Below are positions 54,939-63,731 of a stretch of DNA of 64,000 nt, one piece after another; within the stretch, counting starts at the first letter, position 1; every line of letters begins with the position of its first letter. The notes below the pieces were generated by a model. That model saw only the letters and a list, made by a program, of their open reading frames with translations, ran no database searches and was not told the origin of the DNA. Made by a program: the position numbers and the translations under genes. Source of the stretch: a virus; the IMG/VR virus record IMGVR_UViG_3300028024_000003. One strand, 5' to 3'.

Positions 54939-54956
54939 CCCAAGCAACATCTCAAC

Positions 54957-54992
54957 ACCTCCACGCGCAGCGATGCCGTGGAGGTTTTCTTT
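54957..54992 (+). terminator. Terminator, repeated family T1
   Basis: acctccacg...gcgatg...cgtggaggt-tttctt. Confidence 0.75.
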
Positions 54993-55018
54993 GTGTCGCG
55001 TCAAACGGCTCGCTCCGG

Positions 55019-55025
55019 CTATACG
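55019..55025 (+). promoter_or_regulatory. CTATACG element
   Basis: 34 nt upstream of ATG 55060. Confidence 0.6.
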
Positions 55026-55059
55026 AATCTGTAACAATCACAATCAAGAGGACATCATC

Positions 55060-55395
55060 ATGACGACAGCGAAGGACAGCACATCGGAACGACGATTGCA
55101 GCGCATCGAGCAGCTCAAAACTGAGCTGGCGGAACTGCGTCAGAAAGCGGCCGGCCTCGAAGAAGAGCTCGATGCACTTCGGAGCGCGGAAACCCCTGAA
55201 GACCGAGCGCACCTTGCGCGGAAATGGTGGGACGCTTTGCGTGTGGGCGGCATCATCACGCTCGAAGAATTCGAGCAGCTTCTCGACGAATGTCGTGAGG
55301 CGAAAACAAAGAGCCCCTCCTCGGCATGCATCACCTTCCGCAACAGGCTCGAAATCACGATGGCTGATGCGGTGAAATACGTCCGTATGCTCTAG
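55060..55395 (+). CDS. Coiled-coil hypothetical protein
   Basis: GAGGA RBS; terminator at 55411-55438. Confidence 0.7.
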   Translation: MTTAKDSTSERRLQRIEQLKTELAELRQKAAGLEEELDALRSAETPEDRAHLARKWWDALRVGGIITLEEFEQLLDECREAKTKSPSSACITFRNRLEITMADAVKYVRML

Positions 55396-55505
55396 GCATA
55401 CATCTCTCTCAAACGGCCTTCGTGGCCGTTTTTCTTTTGAGCGGCCAAAATGGAAAGCGCCTGCTCCGAAGAACAGGCGCTCACATCACGCAGTCAGCTG
55501 CAAGG

Positions 55506-57446
55506 TCAGTAGGCGACAACCACGACGCCGCTACCGCCAGCACCTCGACCTGCACCCGTGCCACCCGCGCCACCACCACCCGTGTTGGGCGTGCCGCCTA
55601 CGCCACCGGTTCCTGCGGAAAGCACACCCCCTGCGCCGCCCCCGCCGAGGCCGCCGGCACCCGCCGTGCCGCCTGATGAGGCCGCGGTACCGCCTGCGCC
55701 GCCACCGCCGTAACACTTCTGGGTTCCGGTAAAGGTGTAGCAGAGTCCTGGGCCGCCATCGCCCGCCTTCATCGTTGTGCCGGTCCCGCCGGCGCCACCT
55801 GCACCACCACCGCCGCCGCCCTGAAGCGTCGCCGTAGAATACCCGCCGCTCGCATAACCCGAACCGGATGCGCCGCCCTCATAGCCCGAATACCCGCCCA
55901 AGGCCTTGAGCGACCCGAACGACGAAGGCTGGCCATTTTCGAGCGAATCCTGGCCGACGCTGCCGCCATCACCCACGACCACGGCGACGCTCGCATTGGG
56001 CGTGACCGTGTAACTGGCGCTGTACAGCACCTGGCCGCCACCACCACCCAGACCACCGGTAGTGGCCGAGACCGTCTGGGCTGCCTGCGCGCCTCCGCCG
56101 CCCGCCACCACCAGCGCCTTCACGCTGGTGAGTTTGGCCGGGACCGTCCAGTTCGTGCTCGCCGTAAACGTCTGGACGTTCAGGACCGCTGAGCCCGTGA
56201 GCTGTACTGTGAGCGCACCGCTCGTCGCGCCCGTAATGCTCAGCTTGCCTGCGTAGCTGGTGACGCCCGTCGGATAAAAGGCAACCGTCGCGGTACACGA
56301 GCCTTTCGCGGGAATTGTCGAGCAGCCGCTGACCGTGAAGTTCGTCGAGTCGGAAGCGAGCGACAACGTGCCGGCCGCGTCGCCGGCGTTCGTCAACGTG
56401 ACCGTCTGGCTGGACGTCGTGTAATCGCTGACCGATGAAAAGTCGAGCGACGGCACGGATGCCGTGACGAGCGAGCTGGGCGTGCTCGTGAACGTGTAGG
56501 TCTGCTGCCCCGTCGCTCCCTTGTAGCTCGCCTTGAGCGTGAAGGTTTGCGGACCGGACGCTGTCGGCGTTCCGCTGAGCACACCATTGCCATCGAGCGC
56601 GAGGCCTGCGGGCAGCGCGTCGACCACCGACCACGTCGTGCCCGACACCTGGTATGCCGGGTCATTGCTGCTGATGAGCGAACGGAAGTCGTAGCTCGCG
56701 TAGGGGAGACCTTGAGAGCCTGCGGGCAGCGTCGTGGTGCCAAGCGATACGGAGATGGCCTGCGTGACAACCTGATAGCTCTGCTGCCCGTTGACGCCCT
56801 TGTACGTCGCCCGCGCGGTGACGCTGCCGGTGCCGCTCGCCGTTGGCGTGCCGCCGATGAAGCCGTCGTTCGTGAGGTACAGGCCCGCAGGCAGTGTGCT
56901 CGAGACAACCGTCCACGTAACACCAGCGCCGGTGTATGCCGCGTCGCCTGATACGCGCAGCAGCGCGCGCAGGTCGTAGCTATAGGGCTGACCGATAAGG
57001 CCCTGCGGAGGTGTGCCGCTTGCGAGACCGACCGCAATGTCCGCCGAATAAATCTGGTAAGTCTGCTGGCCGGCCTTGCTCTTGTAGCTGGCTATGACCT
57101 GGAAAGTCGACGAACCGCCTGCGGTAGGCGTGCCGGAAATCGTGCCGTTGCTGTTGAGCGTCAGGCCGGCAGGCAAGCTGCCCGAGGCAATGCTCCAGCG
57201 CACGCCGTAGCCGTTGTACGCCGCATCGCCCGTTACCGACAGCAACGGTTTGAAGTCAAAACCGGCATACGCCTGTCCGACCTGCGCTGCAGGCAGGCTG
57301 AACCCCGCAAGCGCAACGGTGATATTGCCAGCTGCGGAGTGATTCGGCACGGGCACCACGACGTAGTAGTCGGAGGCGAGCGCGGGGAAGCTGGCAGCAA
57401 GCGCTGCGGTCAGCAAGGAGGCTTTAAAGAAATTCGGAAGTGACAT
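55506..57446 (-). CDS. Secreted protein: three putative Ig repeats, an additional Ig-like domain and a glycine-rich C-terminal domain
   Basis: Signal peptide; YYVVVPVP; LPAGL...GTPT x3; TFTASTNWTVP...VVAGGGG glycine-rich domain. Confidence 0.85.
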   Translation of the reverse strand: MSLPNFFKASLLTAALAASFPALASDYYVVVPVPNHSAAGNITVALAGFSLPAAQVGQAYAGFDFKPLLSVTGDAAYNGYGVRWSIASGSLPAGLTLNSNGTISGTPTAGGSSTFQVIASYKSKAGQQTYQIYSADIAVGLASGTPPQGLIGQPYSYDLRALLRVSGDAAYTGAGVTWTVVSSTLPAGLYLTNDGFIGGTPTASGTGSVTARATYKGVNGQQSYQVVTQAISVSLGTTTLPAGSQGLPYASYDFRSLISSNDPAYQVSGTTWSVVDALPAGLALDGNGVLSGTPTASGPQTFTLKASYKGATGQQTYTFTSTPSSLVTASVPSLDFSSVSDYTTSSQTVTLTNAGDAAGTLSLASDSTNFTVSGCSTIPAKGSCTATVAFYPTGVTSYAGKLSITGATSGALTVQLTGSAVLNVQTFTASTNWTVPAKLTSVKALVVAGGGGAQAAQTVSATTGGLGGGGGQVLYSASYTVTPNASVAVVVGDGGSVGQDSLENGQPSSFGSLKALGGYSGYEGGASGSGYASGGYSTATLQGGGGGGAGGAGGTGTTMKAGDGGPGLCYTFTGTQKCYGGGGAGGTAASSGGTAGAGGLGGGGAGGVLSAGTGGVGGTPNTGGGGAGGTGAGRGAGGSGVVVVAY

Positions 57447-57472
57447 GGCTGGAGCTGAAAATAGGCATCCGT

Positions 57473-57479
57473 CGTATAG
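57473..57479 (-). promoter_or_regulatory. CTATACG element
   Basis: 26 nt upstream of ATG 57446; terminator at 57511-57536. Confidence 0.6.
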
Positions 57480-57560
57480 CTCAAAAATCCTTTCACTAAT
57501 CCGACAACGCAAAGAAAAACCCCGCCGGAGCGGGGTCTGAGAGGTGAGTGGAGCAAGGCC

Positions 57561-58052
57561 TCAACAGGGGTCGACGCGAACCCACCGGTCCCGCGAACCA
57601 TACATGTGCGACGCTTCCTTGGCTTCACGCGGGTCGAGCAGGTCATAGACCATCGGGACATGGTCCATGCCGCACACGAGGCGCATCCACGGGTCGACGA
57701 GATAGCGATTGTCGACGAGCGCGAAATCGTGCCCTTCAGCCAGGTCCATACGCGTGAACGTGCAGTCCTGGTTATCCTCGCACATGAAGCCCACGACTTC
57801 GACCTTCTGCTGCGTCAGCGTTCGCTTGATGTGCTTCGCGTAGTTCGTGCAGACGACCGAGCTCGAGCCATCGGGCATCGAGACGCGCCAATCGCCTGCG
57901 AAACCCGGATTCTGCTTCTTGAAGTCTTCAAACTCGGCCATCGTCAGCGTCGGGTGACGCTCTTCAATGATGACACGCATGCCGATTGCGTCATCCGAGC
58001 CGAAAAGTTGCTCCAGTTCCGCGTGAACTGCACTGCTCATTGCTGCATTCAT
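57561..58052 (-). CDS. Hypothetical protein
   Basis: GAGG RBS; CTNYA...GHDFAL...DPW conserved-looking motifs. Confidence 0.75.
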   Translation of the reverse strand: MNAAMSSAVHAELEQLFGSDDAIGMRVIIEERHPTLTMAEFEDFKKQNPGFAGDWRVSMPDGSSSVVCTNYAKHIKRTLTQQKVEVVGFMCEDNQDCTFTRMDLAEGHDFALVDNRYLVDPWMRLVCGMDHVPMVYDLLDPREAKEASHMYGSRDRWVRVDPC

Positions 58053-58084
58053 AGATACCTCACAGGTTGGTTATGGCCATGTCC

Positions 58085-58156
58085 CGTATAGGACGCAGCT
58101 CGCAACACCAACCATTCCTCCAGAGCGGCGATTTTAGCCGTATTTCGCGCTATACG
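58085..58156. promoter_or_regulatory. Divergent pair of CTATACG elements
   Basis: cgtatag at 58085-58091 (- strand gene) and ctatacg at 58150-58156 (+ strand gene). Confidence 0.65.
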
Positions 58157-58191
58157 GTTTGTGGAAATAGCTGCCTACTGGAGGCAACATC

Positions 58192-58572
58192 ATGAAATTC
58201 GTCGTTGTTACTGGCATGGTTTATCCGAATGACCCGACTGGCAAGACGCGTCCTGCTGTCGTTTTGGGACTTGTGAACGGTCGCGTCGCTATCGCTCCCT
58301 GCTCGACCAACTTCGAGCGTACTGGCGAAGTGAAGCCGGGTAGCGTACTCATCACCCGCAAGAGCCCCGCTTTTGCCGGTACGAGCTTTCACGCGAATCA
58401 GGTCATCATCCGCATCCGCGATGCTGGTCTGTACTCGATTGATTCGGACTTCGTGAAGGGATGCCGTCAGATTGGCATTCTCGACACGGACCTGGACAAG
58501 CGCGTGGGTGCCCAGATGCAGGATATGATGAGTCGTTATGACCTGCTTCACTGCAATCGCAAGTACGGGTAA
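58192..58572 (+). CDS. PemK/MazF-like protein with no adjacent antitoxin
   Basis: KTRPAVVL...AIAPCST pattern; GGAGG RBS; terminator at 58587-58620. Confidence 0.55.
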   Translation: MKFVVVTGMVYPNDPTGKTRPAVVLGLVNGRVAIAPCSTNFERTGEVKPGSVLITRKSPAFAGTSFHANQVIIRIRDAGLYSIDSDFVKGCRQIGILDTDLDKRVGAQMQDMMSRYDLLHCNRKYG

Positions 58573-58628
58573 TCCATCACTCTCAAAAAACGCTCCTGGC
58601 AAAGGAGCGTTTTTCTTTTGCGCGGCGT

Positions 58629-58877
58629 TTAGCGGTGCAGGCCGGCCCAGAGGAAGAAGCCCGCGAAGATGAGCACCCCAAGTGCGCGCAGGATGCGCCC
58701 GTTGCGGTGCATCTGCCCGAACTCAGACTTCTTGATTTGCTGGCGAAACGACAGGTAATCGAGTTTCTTTGTGAGGGTGGCCTGGAACTTGACCGCTGCG
58801 CGAACCTCGAAAAAGGCGCCCGCGAGCATGAACAGGACGCCGCCGGTCAGACTGGCGCACGCGATGATGAGAAGCAT
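58629..58877 (-). CDS. Small two-TM membrane protein
   Basis: Hydrophobic N- and C-termini; CTATACG at 58936-58942. Confidence 0.65.
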   Translation of the reverse strand: MLLIIACASLTGGVLFMLAGAFFEVRAAVKFQATLTKKLDYLSFRQQIKKSEFGQMHRNGRILRALGVLIFAGFFLWAGLHR

Positions 58878-58991
58878 GAAACATTAACTCCGGATTGGAT
58901 TACACAGAACGCGCTTTGCAGCGCTCACGTATTTCCGTATAGAGCGTGCTGCCGCGCCGCGCTCAGCAAGGCGCTACGCGGGCCGGAAAAG

Positions 58992-59024
58992 AAAAAAGCC
59001 CAGAGGAAATGCTGGGCTTGTGAG
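58992..59024 (-). terminator. Terminator, repeated family T2
   Basis: gaaaaaagcccagaggaaatgctgggcttgtgag, near-identical to 59648. Confidence 0.8.
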
Positions 59025-59040
59025 ATTGATTCAGGATTCG

Positions 59041-59541
59041 TCAGGCCGCCATGAGCAGGCGCGCCGCATACGTCTCGGAAATACGCTGCGATACGTCTTC
59101 AGCAAAGCGGTCGACGAGCCCGTAGACGACGTCATCGGCAGCATCCTGGTGGATGATGGCCATGGCACCGACCAGCGCGTTGTTGCCTTCGCTGATGTAC
59201 TCGCCGACGAGCCACAGTTGACCTCTGCCGTTGTCGGGCACAACCGGTCGAACGACTGCTTGGCGCGGACCGACTGCGGTCGGATAGTCTTTCGTGGTGA
59301 AAAACGGCCGCTCGCGGTACGACGTCCATGGGTGATTCTCGTACGACGTCCAGCCATGCGCGGAGACGAGGCGGTCGATTGCCAGCTTTTCGAGGTCACT
59401 GCGCACCGCGTCACGTACAGTGAGCTGATGCGCGCCTGCCGTAGCTTCAGCAACGGCGTCTGCCCAGCTGCTCGCTTCGATGAGGATTTCAACAAGCTTG
59501 ATGGAATCGGATTTTCTGCCACGTACTCGCCATTCTTTCAT
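59041..59541 (-). CDS. Hypothetical protein
   Basis: AAAGGA RBS; CTATACG at 59588-59594. Confidence 0.75.
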   Translation of the reverse strand: MKEWRVRGRKSDSIKLVEILIEASSWADAVAEATAGAHQLTVRDAVRSDLEKLAIDRLVSAHGWTSYENHPWTSYRERPFFTTKDYPTAVGPRQAVVRPVVPDNGRGQLWLVGEYISEGNNALVGAMAIIHQDAADDVVYGLVDRFAEDVSQRISETYAARLLMAA

Positions 59542-59647
59542 GATGTGTCCTTTGGGCTATGCACTCAAGTTAAATGTCCTACCTGGGCGTATAGCAAACT
59601 TCCAGGATTGCCTGGCACGGGCGTAGCGAGAGAACTGGCGTAGAAAT

Positions 59648-59681
59648 GAAAAAAGCCCAGCAGAAACGCTGGGCTTGTGAG
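59648..59681 (-). terminator. Terminator, repeated family T2
   Basis: gaaaaaagcccagcagaaacgctgggcttgtgag. Confidence 0.8.
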
Positions 59682-59695
59682 GTGAAATCCAAACT

Positions 59696-60166
59696 TCAAG
59701 CGGACGCTGTTGCTGCGCTCGCGAGTACAAACGTGTCTGCCTCGACGACGAATGCGTCCACGAACGATTCGATTTCTTCTTTCGACGCGGTTTCCGGAAT
59801 AGTCGTAAGCTTCGACTGGTCACCGTGGCCGTCTTCCTGCGTGTACGAACAGCTCATGACGAAATGCGCAGTCTTCGAGTCGTAGCGAATACTCGCCAGT
59901 GCCTCAGTGAATCCCGCCGCACCTTCATAGTCCTTCATCACGACGTTGTCGAGCACGCTCTCTGCCCGCCAACCATATTGGCGGCAAAGGCGACTCGTAG
60001 CAATATGCCACACGTCCTCTTCGGTTCGGAGCTCGGCGCTCCTCACAACCAGTAGCTGGTACGGCGCCTTACCGGCGATTTCTATGGCCGCCGTGCGGCT
60101 CTGCGCCTGAATGAAAACGGCTACGGCTCCTTCAGGTGTCGAGCCACATACTTTCCAGTTCTGCAT
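59696..60166 (-). CDS. Hypothetical acidic protein
   Basis: GGAG RBS, ATG 60166; CTATACG at 60209-60215. Confidence 0.7.
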   Translation of the reverse strand: MQNWKVCGSTPEGAVAVFIQAQSRTAAIEIAGKAPYQLLVVRSAELRTEEDVWHIATSRLCRQYGWRAESVLDNVVMKDYEGAAGFTEALASIRYDSKTAHFVMSCSYTQEDGHGDQSKLTTIPETASKEEIESFVDAFVVEADTFVLASAATASA

Positions 60167-60246
60167 GGTGTTCTCCGTCTTTCCTTGATTGATTGGGTCC
60201 TGCTCTACCGTATAGCCGACCCACCTCAAATCTGAACAGAACCCTG

Positions 60247-60552
60247 CTATGAGCTAGCTTGCGCCTTGGCGCGGCCAGCACCCGGGGCAGGCGCGGCCAG
60301 CGTCCGTGCAAGGAGCGCGGCGCCGATAATTGAGAGCGGCACGACCCCAGCCCAAACCGCAAATTCGTGTGCTTGCGGGTAGCACTGGTCCACCCAGGCA
60401 AACGCCGGCACAATCCAGTAGCGGCCAGTGGCCAGCACCGCGCCGTAGTACGCGAAAACAACTGCCAGGCGCTCCCAAAACACGAGGTCACATCCCTGCA
60501 CCATTTGCTTGGGCCTGGTCATCATGGGTCCGCACTGAAAGGGCGACTTCAT
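60247..60552 (-). CDS. Probable small membrane protein; start uncertain
   Basis: Two hydrophobic segments; fills the gap after the 60560 gene. Confidence 0.45.
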   Translation of the reverse strand: MKSPFQCGPMMTRPKQMVQGCDLVFWERLAVVFAYYGAVLATGRYWIVPAFAWVDQCYPQAHEFAVWAGVVPLSIIGAALLARTLAAPAPGAGRAKAQASS

Positions 60553-60559
60553 CGCGAGC

Positions 60560-61063
60560 TCAGGCTTCGCTGGCAATGCCATAGAGCCGCTGGCAGCCTG
60601 CGCGCTCCTTAGCCGTTTGCTCGGCTTCATACTCACCTGCACGCTGTTCGCTGACCCAGCTGCGCATCGACCAATATTCTTCCATCGTGAAGCGCCGGGC
60701 AGCGTCTCGGACCTTGTCTCGATAGGCCTGTACACCGGGATTCTCTTCGCAGAATTCCGCAAAGGCTTCGCACTTGTGCGCAGGCAACCAGTCAAACATC
60801 CTCGGGTCCAGCCGGGTTTCTTCGAGATAGCTGGCGAACAACATCGAAATCACCAGGGTGGTGAGCGCGCCCATGAACAATCCGAAAACAACTCTCCCGC
60901 CTAAATCGCCGTGACCGAAGGCTACGAAGAGCCACTGCATCGCTCCGAAGCCGACGATGGCGGAGACCGCGTGAAACGTATTGTGAATCCGCACGAGACG
61001 GGTACGTCGCTGTTCAATGTCCGCTTCCGCCCTCAGCAGCATGGAAAATTCTGCAATGCTCAT
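60560..61063 (-). CDS. Two-TM membrane protein (paralog of 44273-44749)
   Basis: AAAGGA RBS; TM pair followed by C.......P.V..Y...R.FT.EE. Confidence 0.7.
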   Translation of the reverse strand: MSIAEFSMLLRAEADIEQRRTRLVRIHNTFHAVSAIVGFGAMQWLFVAFGHGDLGGRVVFGLFMGALTTLVISMLFASYLEETRLDPRMFDWLPAHKCEAFAEFCEENPGVQAYRDKVRDAARRFTMEEYWSMRSWVSEQRAGEYEAEQTAKERAGCQRLYGIASEA

Positions 61064-61091
61064 GGATATTTCCTTTCGAGATTTGTTCGAC

Positions 61092-62255
61092 TCAGCGCAC
61101 GTCCGGCAGATACTCACCTGTCGTCGGGTGCTTCATAACGCGCATGCCCGCCGCGTCCCGCTGCAGCACAGGGCTGCGTGAGGCCTGCACAGGTGGCTGG
61201 CCAGGACAAACGCCGAGATGCTCGCGTCCCAGTTCGGTGATGACTCGCCCGCGTGGCGTGCGCTGGAGCAGCCCTTGCTGGATGAGGAACGGCTCGACCG
61301 CATCCTCAATCGTGTCTTCTGCCTCGCTGATAGCTGCGCACAGCGTATTGAGCCCCACCGGGCCGCCGCCATAGAAGTCGACCATCGCCAGAAGCAGACG
61401 ACGGTCAATCGAATCTAGCCCGCGCGAGTCCACTCCGAGCATGGCGAGCGCCGCCTGTGCATCCGCCCCGCTGACCTCGTTCGGGTTCGCGCCGTTGACC
61501 GTCGCATAGTCCCGCACGCGCCGAAGCAGCCGGTTGGCTATACGCGGCGTGCCACGCGAGCGCATGGCAACCTCGAGCGCGGCGCCTGGCGCCATGTCGA
61601 CGCCAAGCAACCCGGCCGAACGGCTCACGATGGCCTCGAGCTCGTCGTCGGTGTAAAACTCCATGCGTCCGGTAATGCCGAAGCGGTCGCGCAGCGGCGC
61701 TGAGAGACTGCCTGCGCGCGTGGTAGCGCCGACCAGCGTGAAGGGCGACAGCGGCACGGTTACCGTGCGGGCTTCCTGCCCTTCTCCGACCATGATGTCG
61801 AGCTTGTAGTCTTCCATCGCCGGATACAGTACCTCTTCAACGACGGGCGGCAGCCGGTGAATCTCGTCGATGAAAAGCACGTCGTTGGGGTTCAGTCCAG
61901 TGAGCAGCGCGGCAATGTCACCCGGCTTCTCAAGCACCGGCCCAGTCGTTACCTTGAGGCCGACGCCGAGCTCCGCGGCGATGATTTGCGCGAGCGTTGT
62001 CTTGCCCAGCCCCGGCGGCCCGAAAAGCAGCACGTGGTCGAGCGCCTCGGCGCGGTGCTTGGCCGCCGCGAGGAAGATGGAAAGCTGGCCTCGCAGCGCC
62101 TTTTGGCCGATGTAGTCGGCAAGGCGCTTCGGGCGCAGCGCGCGGTCCTCCACCGGCTCTCCGGCTTGCGCAACCGGCGACACGATGGGCGCGGGGGCGG
62201 CCGTCGGCTCAGCAGCGGCACCGCGCGCGTTGCGCTTACGAGGCGTGGCAGTCAT
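61092..62255 (-). CDS. ruvB: Holliday junction branch-migration ATPase RuvB
   Basis: LRP...[49 protein letters not shown]. Confidence 0.96.
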   Translation of the reverse strand: MTATPRKRNARGAAAEPTAAPAPIVSPVAQAGEPVEDRALRPKRLADYIGQKALRGQLSIFLAAAKHRAEALDHVLLFGPPGLGKTTLAQIIAAELGVGLKVTTGPVLEKPGDIAALLTGLNPNDVLFIDEIHRLPPVVEEVLYPAMEDYKLDIMVGEGQEARTVTVPLSPFTLVGATTRAGSLSAPLRDRFGITGRMEFYTDDELEAIVSRSAGLLGVDMAPGAALEVAMRSRGTPRIANRLLRRVRDYATVNGANPNEVSGADAQAALAMLGVDSRGLDSIDRRLLLAMVDFYGGGPVGLNTLCAAISEAEDTIEDAVEPFLIQQGLLQRTPRGRVITELGREHLGVCPGQPPVQASRSPVLQRDAAGMRVMKHPTTGEYLPDVR

Positions 62256-62641
62256 TAATGGCCCGCCAGGATGGCCGTTTCTGCCTGTTGGCCGGACCAG
62301 CCCGCGTAATACAGGGATGCCGTGATGGCCATCGAATCCTTCTGGATTTCGTGATACACCTTCAGCGCCTTCATCGGGTCCTTGAAGACCAAATACGGCA
62401 CTTCTTCGTGCAGCATCCGCGCCGATTCGGTGAAGCCGTGGCCCGACAGTTGCGACACCAGCGATTCCAGGCTCTTGTGGTTGCGGCTATCGACGCTCGG
62501 ATACGAAATGTGCACCAGCGCCATGCCTTCAGCGGACATCGCATCCGACAGCGCACAGCGCATCTGGTCTGCGGTCAGGGCGGTGACGACTTTGTCGTCC
62601 TCGAACGGAATGGCACAGCCTTGATAAAGGGTCTTGTTCAT
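62255..62641 (-). CDS. Hypothetical protein coupled to ruvB
   Basis: TAATG stop/start overlap with ruvB; TTGACA-17 nt-TATATT promoter at 62674-62702. Confidence 0.7.
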   Translation of the reverse strand: MNKTLYQGCAIPFEDDKVVTALTADQMRCALSDAMSAEGMALVHISYPSVDSRNHKSLESLVSQLSGHGFTESARMLHEEVPYLVFKDPMKALKVYHEIQKDSMAITASLYYAGWSGQQAETAILAGH

Positions 62642-62710
62642 GCTTCGAAACATATTCGGTTGCCGGAATTAATAATATACTGTTTTAAAGGTATTTTGTC
62701 AACAAAGCGG

Positions 62711-62962
62711 TTACGCGCGCACGCGTCGAAGCAGTTCCCGCGCACTGCTCAGTGCGACCGATAGTCCTGTGCGCCGGAAAAACGACGTCCAGCTGCCGGC
62801 CTTCTCATGCGCATCGACCGCCTTGACGAGCGCTTCGAGCGCATCCTTCAGTTCCGCGTACGTGGGCTGGTCGCTCTGCGTCCGCTCTCGCATGCGGCCG
62901 TCCGACATCCGGTACGCCGCGACACGGCCATCAGCGCCGCACACCACATCTTCTATTGCCAT
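62711..62962 (-). CDS. Small hypothetical protein
   Basis: AGAGG RBS, ATG 62962. Confidence 0.6.
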   Translation of the reverse strand: MAIEDVVCGADGRVAAYRMSDGRMRERTQSDQPTYAELKDALEALVKAVDAHEKAGSWTSFFRRTGLSVALSSARELLRRVRA

Positions 62963-62993
62963 AGTTGCCTCTAAATGGTTGGTTGGCGTCGCG

Positions 62994-63617
62994 TCAGTGC
63001 ATGAGCGCCCGTTGCTCGAGCAGCGGAATCGCAAACACGCGGAATGCGACGAACGCCATGAAGAGAGTGAAGGCCATGTTGAACGCGGCCCCCATGACAT
63101 CCGGCTTGAGCTTGCGCGCAACGTCTACAGACAGTTTTTCGAGGTCAGGGCCCAGCCATTCCACCGCCTTGCGCTGAATGAACTCCCCTTCCGTTAGCTC
63201 CTTTTCAATTGCTCCGCGCACCTCGAGCGCCAGCGTCTGGGTGATGCTGCGTGTCTTGCACAGGCGCCCGATGACACCGCGATATTCGTAGGCCGAAAAC
63301 AGCGTGTATCCGAACACGCACGCGTACGCCAGATAAAACGGCCAAGGCGCGCGCAGAAAATAGACCGGCACCATCGAGAGCATGAGCAGAGCGTTTTGCC
63401 ACACGATGGAAAACATGACCTTGCGGTGAGCCTGAGCAATGAGCACCTGCGCCTGCGCGCTTGCCGCATCGCGGATTTTCTGCGCAACAGCTTCTGAGAT
63501 GAATTCCCTGGCTGCATCGACCGCGCCAAGAGTCGGAAATATCGAAGTCAGGGTCGATTTTGCGGCGCCAAACAGACGTGACGACCACGAAGTGGACCCG
63601 TTTGAGTCAGTGCTCAT
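62994..63617 (-). CDS. Membrane protein (about 3 TM)
   Basis: GGAG RBS; hydrophobic segments; TGgTATACT extended -10 near 63650. Confidence 0.7.
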   Translation of the reverse strand: MSTDSNGSTSWSSRLFGAAKSTLTSIFPTLGAVDAAREFISEAVAQKIRDAASAQAQVLIAQAHRKVMFSIVWQNALLMLSMVPVYFLRAPWPFYLAYACVFGYTLFSAYEYRGVIGRLCKTRSITQTLALEVRGAIEKELTEGEFIQRKAVEWLGPDLEKLSVDVARKLKPDVMGAAFNMAFTLFMAFVAFRVFAIPLLEQRALMH

Positions 63618-63731
63618 GTACAACAACTCCAGTCTGGTTTTGACGAATTAGTATACCATGCAATATATCATTATCACTCGCTGGCGCTCGGCTATACAAA
63701 ATCAGGTCAACTCACACATGAAAGGAACATC

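Noticed and set aside
55060-55395. Ribosomal L7/L12 C-terminal-like domain
   Set aside because: Only a vague helix pattern; key KIxAIK and GLKEAK residues are missing.
61538-61544. CTATACG inside ruvB (opposite strand) and CTATACC at 42976 inside the DUF1643 gene
   Set aside because: Coding positions with no nearby start; treated as chance occurrences, which shows the motif alone is not diagnostic.
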